Positions 50,801-60,150 are shown, numbered from the stretch's first letter. The stretch: 64,000 nucleotides of DNA from Squalus acanthias (GCA_030390025.1 JASTWF010000037.1:1-64000); one strand, 5' to 3'. Program-made: numbers and translations. The notes: generated by a model from the sequence alone, not told the origin.

Positions 50801-52382
50801 AGACAACCGGCCTCAGCTTGCCGTGACGCTCTTGGAGCAGCACGGCGCTTAAGCTGTCTCCGCTGGCAGCTACCTCCAGGAAAAACTCCTTCCCCCCATC
50901 TATGGCCCCTAAGGCTGGCGCGGTCTGCAGATCCCTTTTTAACTTCTCGAAGGCTGCTTGGCAGCCCTCGTCCCAAAGCCACTCTACTCCCTTGTGGAGG
51001 AGTCGGAGGAGCGGCGCCGCTGTGGCCGCATAATCCTCGATAAAATCCCTGCAGTAACCGGTCAGTCCCAAGAAGGACCTCACACCCCTTACGTTGTTGG
51101 GAATCGGTAATTCTTGCACCGACTCCCTCCTTGCTTTGTCTATGGCTCTTTCCCCAGCGCGTAGGGTCAGCCCCAGGAATTTTACTTCCTGCTGACCGAT
51201 ACGTGCTTTCTTTGGGTTTACTTTAAAACCCTTTCTCGCTAACAGCTCCAATAACTCGTCCAGCAGTGGTCCGTGCTCCTCCCTTGAGTCCGTAAATAGG
51301 AGCAAATCATCCACATACTGTACTATCTGATTGGGCTGACTAAACTCCTTTAAACTCCCTGCCATACACTGGTGAAAAATACTGGGGCTATTGTGGAAAC
51401 CTTGTGGCAGACAGTTCCACGTGTACTGTTGCCCTTTAAACGTAAAGGCAAACTTGTACTGGTCCTCTCGCCGCAGCGGGATGGACCAAAAACCGTTCGA
51501 GATATCCAGCACCGTGAACGTGGTCGCGGACGCTGGGATGCTCCCTATTAGGTCAGCAACTGCTGCTACTGTGGGCGCGCAGGCGGGGATGTTACTGTTA
51601 AGGACTCTGTAGTCCACCGTGGCTCTCCACGAATTATCCGGCTTCCTAACCGGCCATAATGGGGAGTTCACGTGTGTGGCTATCGGCCTCAACACGCCCT
51701 GCTGCACCAAGGAAGACATTGCTGCCTCCATATCGGGTTCTGCTTCTTTGGGGAAGTTATACTGCTTTTGGGGTCGGGTCATGGGGTCCCCATCTACGCT
51801 GACCTCAAACCCGACCACCCTCCCACAATCGTGCTTGTGGGTTGCAAACGCGTGCATATTATCTGTCACGTACGTCTGCATGTCCGTTGGGACATCTGCG
51901 ACCATAAGCCTGAGGTCGTAGCCTCCGGATGGCTGTACGGTACACAGGACCCCTGTTTCTTCCTCCCCTTGAATTACCATTACTTCGCCCTTTTCCCCTT
52001 TAGCCCCCCAGAGACAGTGATTTCTGAGGTCCACGAGGATCCCGTGTCCCGCTAGCAGATCGGACCCGAGAATACCTCTTCCACCCCCCTTTTGCCATGC
52101 CATTAGTATACACTTCCACTTAAGGCGAAGTGTCCCTAAACGAATGGATAGCGGGAGGGAAAACGTGCCAGCCTGTTCTTTCCCTGTGAACCCTGCTAGC
52201 GTGAATGGGACCTTGGTAGATAGCGGCGAGTCAAAAGGGTCATCTGTATGAATTATGGTGCAAGAAGCTCCCGTGTCCAACAGATAACTGCCCTTTTGTT
52301 TCTCTACCTCCATCTCCACCACAGGTCGCCTCCACGCATCATAGCTGAGCGGACACAGGTAGACGGGCTGTGCTGGTTCTAG
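47880..52382 (-). CDS. pol: Pol: protease, RT, tether (dead RNase H), RNase H, integrase, C-terminal extension; expressed as a Gag-Pol readthrough
   Basis: LLDTGA; LPQGFHNSP; YVDD; LEVAAS tether; YVDGS...AQQAEL...SDS...KVKAH...GNRQADALA; HHCC zinc finger; IDYIGP, SDQGSHF, GIVERMN; GPY motif. Open and in frame with gag from 52382. Confidence 0.96.
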   Translation of the reverse strand, partial: LEPAQPVYLCPLSYDAWRRPVVEMEVEKQKGSYLLDTGASCTIIHTDDPFDSPLSTKVPFTLAGFTGKEQAGTFSLPLSIRLGTLRLKWKCILMAWQKGGGRGILGSDLLAGHGILVDLRNHCLWGAKGEKGEVMVIQGEEETGVLCTVQPSGGYDLRLMVADVPTDMQTYVTDNMHAFATHKHDCGRVVGFEVSVDGDPMTRPQKQYNFPKEAEPDMEAAMSSLVQQGVLRPIATHVNSPLWPVRKPDNSWRATVDYRVLNSNIPACAPTVAAVADLIGSIPASATTFTVLDISNGFWSIPLRREDQYKFAFTFKGQQYTWNCLPQGFHNSPSIFHQCMAGSLKEFSQPNQIVQYVDDLLLFTDSREEHGPLLDELLELLARKGFKVNPKKARIGQQEVKFLGLTLRAGERAIDKARRESVQELPIPNNVRGVRSFLGLTGYCRDFIEDYAATAAPLLRLLHKGVEWLWDEGCQAAFEKLKRDLQTAPALGAIDGGKEFFLEVAASGDSLSAVLLQERHGKLRPVVYSSRVLTDVERSFSNCERHLLATHWAVKRSAIFTGLSPITLLTHHTPTKMLLDGRIKDGTVSSARIARWTLLLSQLDIRVKGLCEPRLAANLVYPGTAHRCSVEGVWDVNIGLRAGIHPTGREIYVDGSSTVSAGERLTGCGVYDPAADLALAIKLPSTMSAQQAELSAVVYVVTHPDIFPTPYTICSDSMFTCNSCTEYLAIWSRRGYTSADGRPLTVKPLLEKILAAAVGEEGEIFIHKVKAHSSTEPRGEGNRQADALAREGARDGTFWNPYRTGPIAAVRGGDGNTGNTRVALPLDLKTVQAQDPALKAVLKTIAEGRQVEGPYSTATLSVKEGMLFREEQWVVPQQHRREFLQLAHEGPGAGHPGPEVTWQRVEQAGWWPGLREQVREFCASCLVCAANNPDPQKRKVPMGHVRRVEGPWQSIQIDYIGPLPTTQGGYKYCLVLVDVFSKWVEAFPCRTATALGTAKILVREVFSRWGLPRFVESDQGSHFTGQVMQNTLMLLGIEGKWHVAHNPQSSGIVERMNRTLKEKLRKETRNSPQKWAEVLPLVLMGVRASQSKSTGYSPHEVMTGRLMRTPTHVLAPVLTEGQLQEISRDKFAQTLLERLKQVYEQAAGNMGRQHQGNRLLLEPRKTREWEVGDQVMVRNYARVGSLEPLYMGPYNIVDKASPMVYAVKVPRRTKWFHINQCKLYQPGAQGKTTGVNPANGKTQPQVGPQGTQAGVAACIRGRDIPDDHAAFFWSWGLDDEDPRVPWSDEDSADEHSDDDGWFHRNGLEGLGPIGREPYGVDTQAAGPDRRRKELEEAGPAAMWFPEVWPPAVNVQSSGEAEFASEGPPAGPSRAGPRTASPEVREAESAEAGLAPVMEPQVIPLKVSGPGPSVTEPPPVAVPRRSSRAPQPRKTWSGPQDAPGRKFQIKITRVETGHIEAVTGCGRSEERVSAATGCGRSEGRVSALPPSGRARSSLLRI

Positions 52383-54194
52383 TCATGGGGCACTATTAGA
52401 CGGTCCTGCGGCACCTACGGGGCCGGTTGCGACCGCCACCTGTCCACGCGCATTTAAAACCATCTTGCGCACGACTCCTAACACTGCCTCAAGGTCTTCG
52501 GGAGAGGTGGGTACCTTTGCCTCCTTAGCCGGGACAGGCGCCTGGGCTCGGACCGCGGGATTCTTATCCTTGGAATCCTTCCAAGGGTTCCTGCAGTGCT
52601 TGCGCCAGTGCCCTGTCTTCCCGCACCCGTAACAGGCATTGCTTGCCGGTGGGGCGCGATTACCCTCCTGATGCCACTCTCTTTGAGCCGGGGCTGCGGG
52701 TCGTACCTCATGTACTTTTCCCTTAAAAGGACGTGTTGCCATACCCCTTATGTTACGGTAGCCTAACGTGAGTCGATTCAAGACCGACTCTTCCGTAAGG
52801 TTGAGGTCATTGGGATCGAACCAGGCTTTTGCCTGCTCTCTAACGGCTGGTAAACTGTTGGCTATTATGCACCTAAGCCAATGAACTAAAGCGGCGCCTT
52901 CCACATCTTCGCGCTCGGGCGCACCTAGACAGCTGCGCTCATATACTGGCCACAGCCTGTCGGCAAAAACCTTCGGGGGTTCTCCCTCCATCTGCACTGT
53001 CTGTCCCACTCTAGCAAACGGACCTCCGTCGTTCGCTCCCACTACTTCTAGGACCTCATTTTTCAATTCCTCATAACTTTTATTACCCCTCTTGCTATCG
53101 CCTGAGAGACACTGAAGGACCGAGCTGTCTAATGAGAACAGCAGCATTTTTGCTGTCTCCCCATCATCGCAGCCGTTGATGGCTGCGGCTTGCTCAACTT
53201 CCCTAAAATGTACGGAAGGGTCGTCTATCTCGGTCAGCTTCCTTACGTGGTTTATCATAGCCCTCAGCTGATGTGAACTGTGAGGCAACACCAGCTGTCC
53301 GAGGAGATCCCCCGGTTCTTCCCCACCGTTTCTGCTTGGGCCCCTTTTAATCCCCGTTACTGGATACAACGATCCCTTTTCTACCTCTTTTTCAACGGGC
53401 TCTTTTGCTTCTTCCGCTGCTTCCTCCCTAACCCAGGTTTCTGAATAGCTGGGTGGCGCGGAGGGCGCAGTGGCTACTACCTCTTCTGCTTTACTTGGTG
53501 GGGAATTTCTAAATCTCTCACTTACTAGCGGCTGGCGTGCCGACGGATTAATAAGGCACACCATGCCGTTCGCATTATTCACGGCCTTTTTGAGGCTCTC
53601 TATCTCTTTTTCGCAGGCGCTATGGTCGGCTCCCTGAAACTTATCCTCAAGGGCCAACTTATACGCCGACCTAACCCCCATTAAGCTCTCTTCTTGAGTT
53701 CTTATCTGGGCAGCTTGACGGTTACATCTGTCCTTCATCCTATTCTCGTTTAATTTTGCTTCAGTGATCTGGCACTCGAGATACTCTACCCTTGTTTTAA
53801 GGTAGCTGGAGACTTCCTGGCTTTCCTGGCGTAACTCATTTAAACTCTTAATGAGCACCTCCCCTCCAGAAACCTTCTCCTCCATTTCCTCCTCTAAATG
53901 CTTGATTCGAGCTGTTAGCGCTGTATTGGTCTGGTTTGAAATCTGAACCTGCCTTTTGTAGCACATAAGCCAGACTGCTTTCTCAACTGCCTTTTTATGC
54001 TCCTTACTATCCGTCCACCTTTCAGCTGCCTCTAGTGGGCTCTTATCCGCTAACAGTTCGCTTATCCACTTTTTCGTTAGATTAACCTTTCCAAACACGT
54101 AATCCGCTATCTTTTCCTGCATCACATTTCGTACAGTCATTCCAAAGTCCAACACACCACCCTCTCGCTGCCAATGTCCTGCCGCGGTCGCCAT
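52383..54194 (-). CDS. gag: Gag (603 aa): coiled coil, late domains, capsid-like region, one CCHC zinc knuckle
   Basis: CYGCGKTGHWRKHC at 52593-52634, PSAPPSY at 53445-53465, ATG in a strong Kozak context (AAAATGG), position between PBS and pol. Confidence 0.93.
   Translation of the reverse strand: MATAAGHWQREGGVLDFGMTVRNVMQEKIADYVFGKVNLTKKWISELLADKSPLEAAERWTDSKEHKKAVEKAVWLMCYKRQVQISNQTNTALTARIKHLEEEMEEKVSGGEVLIKSLNELRQESQEVSSYLKTRVEYLECQITEAKLNENRMKDRCNRQAAQIRTQEESLMGVRSAYKLALEDKFQGADHSACEKEIESLKKAVNNANGMVCLINPSARQPLVSERFRNSPPSKAEEVVATAPSAPPSYSETWVREEAAEEAKEPVEKEVEKGSLYPVTGIKRGPSRNGGEEPGDLLGQLVLPHSSHQLRAMINHVRKLTEIDDPSVHFREVEQAAAINGCDDGETAKMLLFSLDSSVLQCLSGDSKRGNKSYEELKNEVLEVVGANDGGPFARVGQTVQMEGEPPKVFADRLWPVYERSCLGAPEREDVEGAALVHWLRCIIANSLPAVREQAKAWFDPNDLNLTEESVLNRLTLGYRNIRGMATRPFKGKVHEVRPAAPAQREWHQEGNRAPPASNACYGCGKTGHWRKHCRNPWKDSKDKNPAVRAQAPVPAKEAKVPTSPEDLEAVLGVVRKMVLNARGQVAVATGPVGAAGPSNSAP
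54176..54193 (-). other. Primer binding site, tRNA-Arg(UCG)
   Basis: TGGCGACCGCGGCAGGAC is the 18-nt complement of the 3' end ...GUCCUGCCGCGGUCGCCA of vertebrate tRNA-Arg-TCG as I recall it; 5 nt from the LTR end. Confidence 0.85.
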
Positions 54195-54440
54195 TTTCTG
54201 TAAGGGATACTCTCCTGACCCTGCGTGTCTCGTGGCCTGTGAGGTTCACGCGGCTCTGTGCAGCCTGTATGTCAGTGCGGGTCTAGGCCTGGTCTCCAGC
54301 CAGTCTGGGAACACTAGACACCCCTGTGAGTGGTTCGAATCACTCTCCCTTACGGTTCTAGACACTGGACTTAGATGCGAGAGCAGTAATGGAGATAAAA
54401 CTCATGTAGACTTGGTTTGAACGGTACGAAATGGAAAATC

Positions 54441-54446
54441 TTTATT
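54441..54446 (-). terminator. Candidate LTR polyadenylation signal AATAAA (3' LTR copy at 43428-43433)
   Basis: The only - strand AATAAA I found between the predicted TSS and the LTR end. Confidence 0.55.
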
Positions 54447-55198
54447 GCATGATACTTAAAATTATGAAATACATGTCATATGCACAGATTAATGACAGTA
54501 CAATCTTACAAACAGTTATAATCACTCTTAGGGAAACGAGGAACGACCAGCACAACGTAAATAGGGCACACATTACAAATATCCTTAAACTTTCAACCCT
54601 CCCCTATCAATAACTATCCTAAAACTAGCTTCGTAGGATCCCGAGACTCATGCTCACCACTCGTAATAACTCGGAGAAATCCCGAATAGCTGATCGGATG
54701 TTTTTCACCGCAGCACCCACGTGTTGGTCAGGAGATCTCCTGGTCCCACTTGTTTACTGCTTCTGCTGCTCGGTCAGTCGGCTGGACCGTCCGCTGTAGT
54801 GAAGACCTCTGTTGGTGGGCTTCAAAGTTTAATCGTGGAGCACCGTTGTCAATATCATTGATACGATGTGTTTACACAGTCCAGTTATCATCGATGCAAT
54901 ATGTCTTGTTAAAGAAGAAAACTTCGTTGTCAAGAAGACTTGGCTGATCGACCTACAGGCGCGGTCGGGATTTACTGACCGTGGCGATGGATAAGGTCTT
55001 CTTCTCTTCTCCTCTCATCTCATCTCATCTCATCTCATCCCGGGCCTTCGGTTCCGCTGCCAGCTACCAACATAGGTCTTTGCAACAGTCTTTCACCCAG
55101 GAGCAGCCACGATGATAACAGCAGCAAGCGGCAAGAGTCACGAACACGAGGCAGGAGCAAGAATCAGGTCAAGAGGCAAGAATCAAGAGTCAAGAGAC

Positions 55199-55255
55199 AG
55201 AATGGACGGTTTGGGCCTGCAATTATAGTGCACAGTTCTTCCGTTTCCCGCCCAA
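55199..55255 (-). promoter_or_regulatory. Candidate LTR core promoter
   Basis: The - strand has GGGCGGGAAA (GC/E2F-like), CGGAAG (ETS-like), TATAAT (55222-27) and an Inr-like CCATTCT about 25 nt downstream (TSS ~55203). Confidence 0.55.
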
Positions 55256-56079
55256 CTATAATGTCCATTCTTTTGTTTAAGGTTTGGCGCCCAAAAAGTC
55301 CTGTATGGGTGATCTCTGTCTTTAATGGGTTTCGGGGCTACTCCTGAATGTTTGAGTACCTGCTAATACTTCTCCCATTGTTAAATCGGTCGGTGTTCCC
55401 CCTGGAGGGGTTTGGGGCTTCCAAGTGTCCTGTATAACTACCTGCTAACGGCTCTCTCATCGTAGAGCCGTTGGGAGTTTACATATTAATGTCCTTTGGA
55501 TGGGCCCTTGATGGCTTTCCTTTGTACCTGGGAGACCGATTCCAGTATCGATGTTTATACTGTAAACCCATAATGTCCTGTGTAATGTCTTCACTGTGCT
55601 GAATCGTTATCGATCTTGCAAGAATGTTTATTGGAACGCCATCTTGTCTGCCTGCCGAAAAGTCTCGAATGTTCTGTCACGCGGTGCGGCGGCCATTTTA
55701 CAGGCTGCTTGTGTCCAATTTAAACCTGACAGCATTTCGCTGAAATAAAAGCTGTTTTGAAAGAAACTTGTGTTTTCTCCTTAATAAAATGAAATCGCGA
55801 TAATTGCGAATTCTACAGACACAATACTCCAGCTGAGACCTAACCAGTGATTTACAAAGTTATTTAAAGTAACGCGTGACCTGTTTATTTTCTGCGTGGA
55901 GATAACTTTTTTTTTCCCCCAACAAGTTAGCAAAAAAAAGTAATCGAGCTCCGATATAAAGATATCCCTCCATTCGATCAAGTTCAGTCCTGAGAAATTC
56001 AGTGGCGTCTAGCCACACAGTGTTTTGTTTGGAACTGGGCCTATGTAGACTTTTAACTAACAGCCTGCTTCTGTGTGCA

Positions 56080-56470
56080 CTGTGCCTCAGTGGGTAGCAC
56101 ATCTCACCTCCGAGTCAGAAAGTCACGGGTTCAAAGTCCCAACTCCACGGACTTGAGCACCAAAGTCGAGGCTGGCACTCCCGGCGCTGTACCGAGGGAG
56201 CGCCGCGCTGTCGGAGGTGCCGTTCAGCCGAGGCCCTGTCAGCGCTCTGATGCGGACGTAAAGGATCTCGTGGCACTCTTCGAAGAAGAGGCCAATGTTT
56301 ATCTCCTCTGCCAAAGTCACTAAAACAGATTGTCTGGTCATTATCACATTGGCTGCCGTGTTTCCTACATTACAACAGTGACTACACTTCCCAAAAAAAG
56401 TACTTCATTGGCCGTAAAGCACTTTGAGACGTCCGGTGGTTGTGAAAGGCACTATATAAATGCAAGTCTT
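56080..56470 (+). mobile_element. tRNA-derived SINE
   Basis: Head, body and tail match the other copies. Confidence 0.7.
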
Positions 56471-56711
56471 TTTTTCTTTCTCCAGCCAATGCAGTCCCTT
56501 TGATGCAGATTTTAAACAGGCTGGGCCTGTTATTTTATTTCCTCTCCTCTCGCTTTTACTTTCAGCTGCCTCACGTTTCCACAGGCAGCAAATTTATTAA
56601 GTGCGTGAGGCCGCGATACCGCGTGCCGACGGGCTGTTTTAACTGCAGTAGCATCACAGCACCACCCCTGCTCCGGCCCAGACACCCGAAACTGTCCGCA
56701 AGGGCTCAGTA

Positions 56712-57293
56712 AACATAGAAACATAGAAGATAGGAGCAGGAGCAGGCCATTCAGCCCCTCGAGCCTGCTCCGCCATTCGATGAGATCATGGCTGATCATC
56801 CAAACTCAGTACCCTGTACCTGCCTTCTCCCCATATCCCTTGATACCTTTAGCTTTAAGAAATATATCTAACTCATTCTTGAATATATTTAATGACTTGG
56901 CCTCAACTACCTTCTGTGGTAGAGAATTCCACAGGTTCACCACTCTCTGGGTGAAGAAATTCTTCCTCATTTCTGTCCTAAATGGCTTACCCGTTATCCT
57001 TAGATTATGACCCCTGGTTCTGGACTCTCCGACCATCGGGAACATTCTTCCTGCATCTAGTTTGTCCAGACCTGTCAGAATTTTACATGTTTCGATGAGA
57101 TCCCCCCTCATTCTTCTATACTCCAGCGAGTATAAGCCCAATCGACCCAATCTCTCCTCATATGTCATTCCTGCCATCCCAGGTATCAGCCTTGTGAATC
57201 TTCGCTGAACTCCCTCCATGGCAAGAACATCCTTCCTCAGATAAGGCGACCAAAACTGCACACAGTACTCAAGGTGTGGTCTCACCAAGGCCC
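56712..57293 (-). mobile_element. CR1 LINE 3' fragment (young; nearly identical to 21735-22100)
   Basis: LVRPHLEYCVQFWSP...MFPMVGESRTRGHNL...WNSLP. Confidence 0.9.
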
Positions 57294-57569
57294 ACGTAGC
57301 GATTGGGAACCCGAGCTCTTTCTTTCGTGTACCTTCGAAGCCACAGCACGCCAGTATCCCGCTGGATGTCAGCCCGGACTTAAAACCCGAGCTCCTGTTA
57401 CCCCCACTCGCGGGGACGGTCTGGAGCGGGGTTCGAACCCTCCACCTTCTGACTCCCAGGCAGGCATGATACCATTGAGCCAAAGGCTCGCTGATGGAAG
57501 ATGCACCTCCGGTGGCCCACCGGCCCCTCATGCACGAGTTCCCAATTTCATTCTTACTGCTGTACGGAT

Positions 57570-58235
57570 AAAGACTTGCTTTTTATGCCGCGCTTTTCAC
57601 AACAGCCGGACGTCCCAAAGCGCTTTACAGCTAATGAAGTACTTTTTTTTTGTTGCAGGGTAGTCACTGTTGTAATGTGGGAAACGCGGCAGCCAATTTG
57701 CGCACAGCAAGATCCCACAAACAGGCAATGTGATAATGACCGGATCGTCTGTTTTTTAGTGTTGTGGCAGCACTCGTCCCCTCTGAGTCAGAAAGTCGTG
57801 GGTTCAGGTCCCATCCGGAGACTTGAGCCCATAATCCTTCCCCCGACACTCCCAGTGCAGCACTGAGAGGAGCGCTGCACTGTCTGAGGTGCCGTCTTTC
57901 AGATGAAACGTTAAACCAAGGCGCCACCCCCCCCCACCGTCTGCCGTCTCGGGTGGGTGTAAAAGATCCCGTGGCACTATTTCAAAGATGAACAGGGGGA
58001 GTTCTCCCTGGTGCCCTGGAGCCGGTATTTATCCCTCGGCCAACATCATTAATATAAAACAGATTATCTGGTCATTATCACCTTGCTGTTTGTGGGATCT
58101 TGCTATGCGCAAATTGACTGCTGCATTTTCCGACGTTACAACAGTGGCTACACCTCAGAAAAGTGCCTCGTTGGCTGGCTGTAAAGCGATTTGGGATGTG
58201 CAGAGGTTGCGAAAGGCGCTGTAGAAATGCAAGTT
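57570..58235. mobile_element. Two SINE copies in opposite orientation (57570-57760 -, 57765-58235 +)
   Basis: The conserved SINE body appears on both strands. Confidence 0.7.
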
Positions 58236-58619
58236 CTTTTCTTTCCTTGCAGAGGTGTTTACTGAAACCAAATGGCAGAGCCCAGTTACAACGAAAGGTG
58301 TTGTCCTTAAACAGTCACTGAGCGGTTCTTGGAAGCCTTTGGTTGTTCACTGAAATCCCGTCCCCTGTGGTACACAAGATAAAGATAGAGGCGTCGCATG
58401 GCAGGAATGGAGGGCGGATTGCAGCTCAGAGGGTGCGGCATTTCCTAGAAGGAGGTTTCCAAGTGTCGAAAGACCCCACACTGCCCCACCGTAGTCGGGA
58501 CCAGCAATCGGTGCCGGGGGAGCGGCGGCTCAATTTGGTTCCTTTTTCAAAAGAAGGAACAAAGAGAGGTGAGGGATGTTAGTGCTGGAGTACTTTCCAT
58601 TACAGGCACCTAGTGTCAT

Positions 58620-59225
58620 GTCAAACACTCCCAGGGCAGGTACAGCTCAGGTTAGATACAGAGTAAAGCTCCCTCTACGCTGTCCAATCAAACACTCCCA
58701 GGGCAGGTACAGCACGGGTTAGATACAGAGTAAAGCTCCCTCGACACTGTCCCATCAAACACCCCAGGGCAGGTACAGCACGGGTTAGATACAGAGTAAA
58801 GCTCCCTCTACACTGTCCCATCAAACACTCCCAGGGCAGGTACAGGAAGGGTTAGATACAGAGTAAAGCTCCCTCTACACTGTCCCATCAAACACTCCCA
58901 GGGCAGGTACAGCACGGGTTAGATACAGAGTAAAGCTCCCTCTACACTGTCCCATCAAACACTCCCAGGGCAGGTACAGGAAGGGTTAGATACAGAGTAA
59001 AGCTCCCTCTACACTGTCCCATCAGACACTCCCAGGGCAGGTACAGCACGGGTTAGATACAGAGTAAAGCTTCCTCTACACTGTCCCATCAAACACTCCC
59101 AGGGCAGGTACAGCACGGGTTAGATACAGAGTAAAGCTCCCTCTACACTGTCCCATCAAACACTCCCAGGGCAGGTACAGCACGGGTTAGATACAGAGTA
59201 AAGCTCCCTCTGCACTGCCCCATCA
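58620..59225 (-). repeat. ~67-bp tandem array (~9 copies), reverse complement of 18265-19030
   Basis: AAACACTCCCAGGGCAGGTACAGCACGGGTTAGATACAGAGTAAAGCTCCCTCTACACTGTCCCATC units. Confidence 0.95.
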
Positions 59226-60107
59226 AGCACAAGCAGGGGGAGATATTTTTTAAGGGTCTCTCGCTTACCCGTGGGGGGTGGTAATAGGGGATGGAGCTGT
59301 ATCATTAAAATATATTTGTGGGGAGTAACTGGACGCTGGTGTATTTTGAAGGCCCTATTTGGCCTGGGGCTAAATTTAGCCCTGGGTTTGGCTGAGTGAC
59401 ATCTCAGCTGAGACGAGCTTATTTTCCGTGCTTGCTCTTGAATACTAAGCTCCTGATTTTGCCCAGGTTCAGTATGTGCAGCTTGAATTCGGTGAGGTAT
59501 TCAACTCCTCCAGGTTGTCCCGCCCAGTGCATTCCGTTGTAGAGAATAAAGGACTTTGGAATAGAGTTTCATTTGCTTCAGACCCTGCTCGAACACAGGG
59601 ACGTGTTTTATCTACTTCCCCCCCCCCCCCCCCCCCCCCCGTCATTTTTGTCCCCAACTCCGCTGACGGTGCTGTGCCCGTCACTGGGCCCAGCGCCCCT
59701 CCATTGCCTCACGCTGGCGCCCACTCGCCGCGTGCGACCCTCGACACCGACCAGGTTAACAAGGCCATTTAAAAGAAAAAATTCAAACCAAGCACCTGGG
59801 GTTCATTTCTAGAGGAATAGAAGCGAAAAGCAGAGAGGTTCTGCTGAGCTTGTATGGAACCTTACTCGGGCCACTCTTGGGAGCACTGTGCACAGTTCTG
59901 GTCCGGTTATAAAGAAGATATCGCGGCACTGGAGACAGCGCGCAAATATTCAGCTCACTGCAAAACAGAACAACTTGTTTTTATCCAGCGCCTTTAACGC
60001 CGGAAAACATCTCGAGGCGCTTCACAGGAGCGTTGTAGAGGATATACAGGCACCGGAGAAGTGGCAAAAAAAGATTTACAAGGATGATACTAGAACTGAG
60101 CGGTTAT

Positions 60108-60138
<31 letters not shown>

Positions 60139-60150
60139 ATTATTTGTTGT

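Larger units (their letters stand above)
43186..55817 (-). mobile_element. Full-length endogenous retrovirus, lokiretrovirus-like: LTR-gag-pol-env-LTR, 12,632 bp
   Basis: Two 1,619-bp LTRs with TGTA...TACA ends, TSD GACA (43182-85, 55818-21), PBS, PPT, intact gag and pol, F-like env. The flanks rejoin into a CR1 fragment. Confidence 0.97.
54199..55817 (-). repeat. 5' LTR (1,619 bp)
   Basis: Direct repeat of 43186-44804; followed by the PBS on the - strand. Confidence 0.97.

Noticed and set aside
43186..55817. Classification as an ordinary Ty3/gypsy element or a gamma/epsilon ERV
   Set aside because: Dual RNase H, late domains and an 18-nt PBS argue against plain gypsy; the F-like Env and UGA readthrough argue against gamma/epsilon. 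A phylogeny is still needed.
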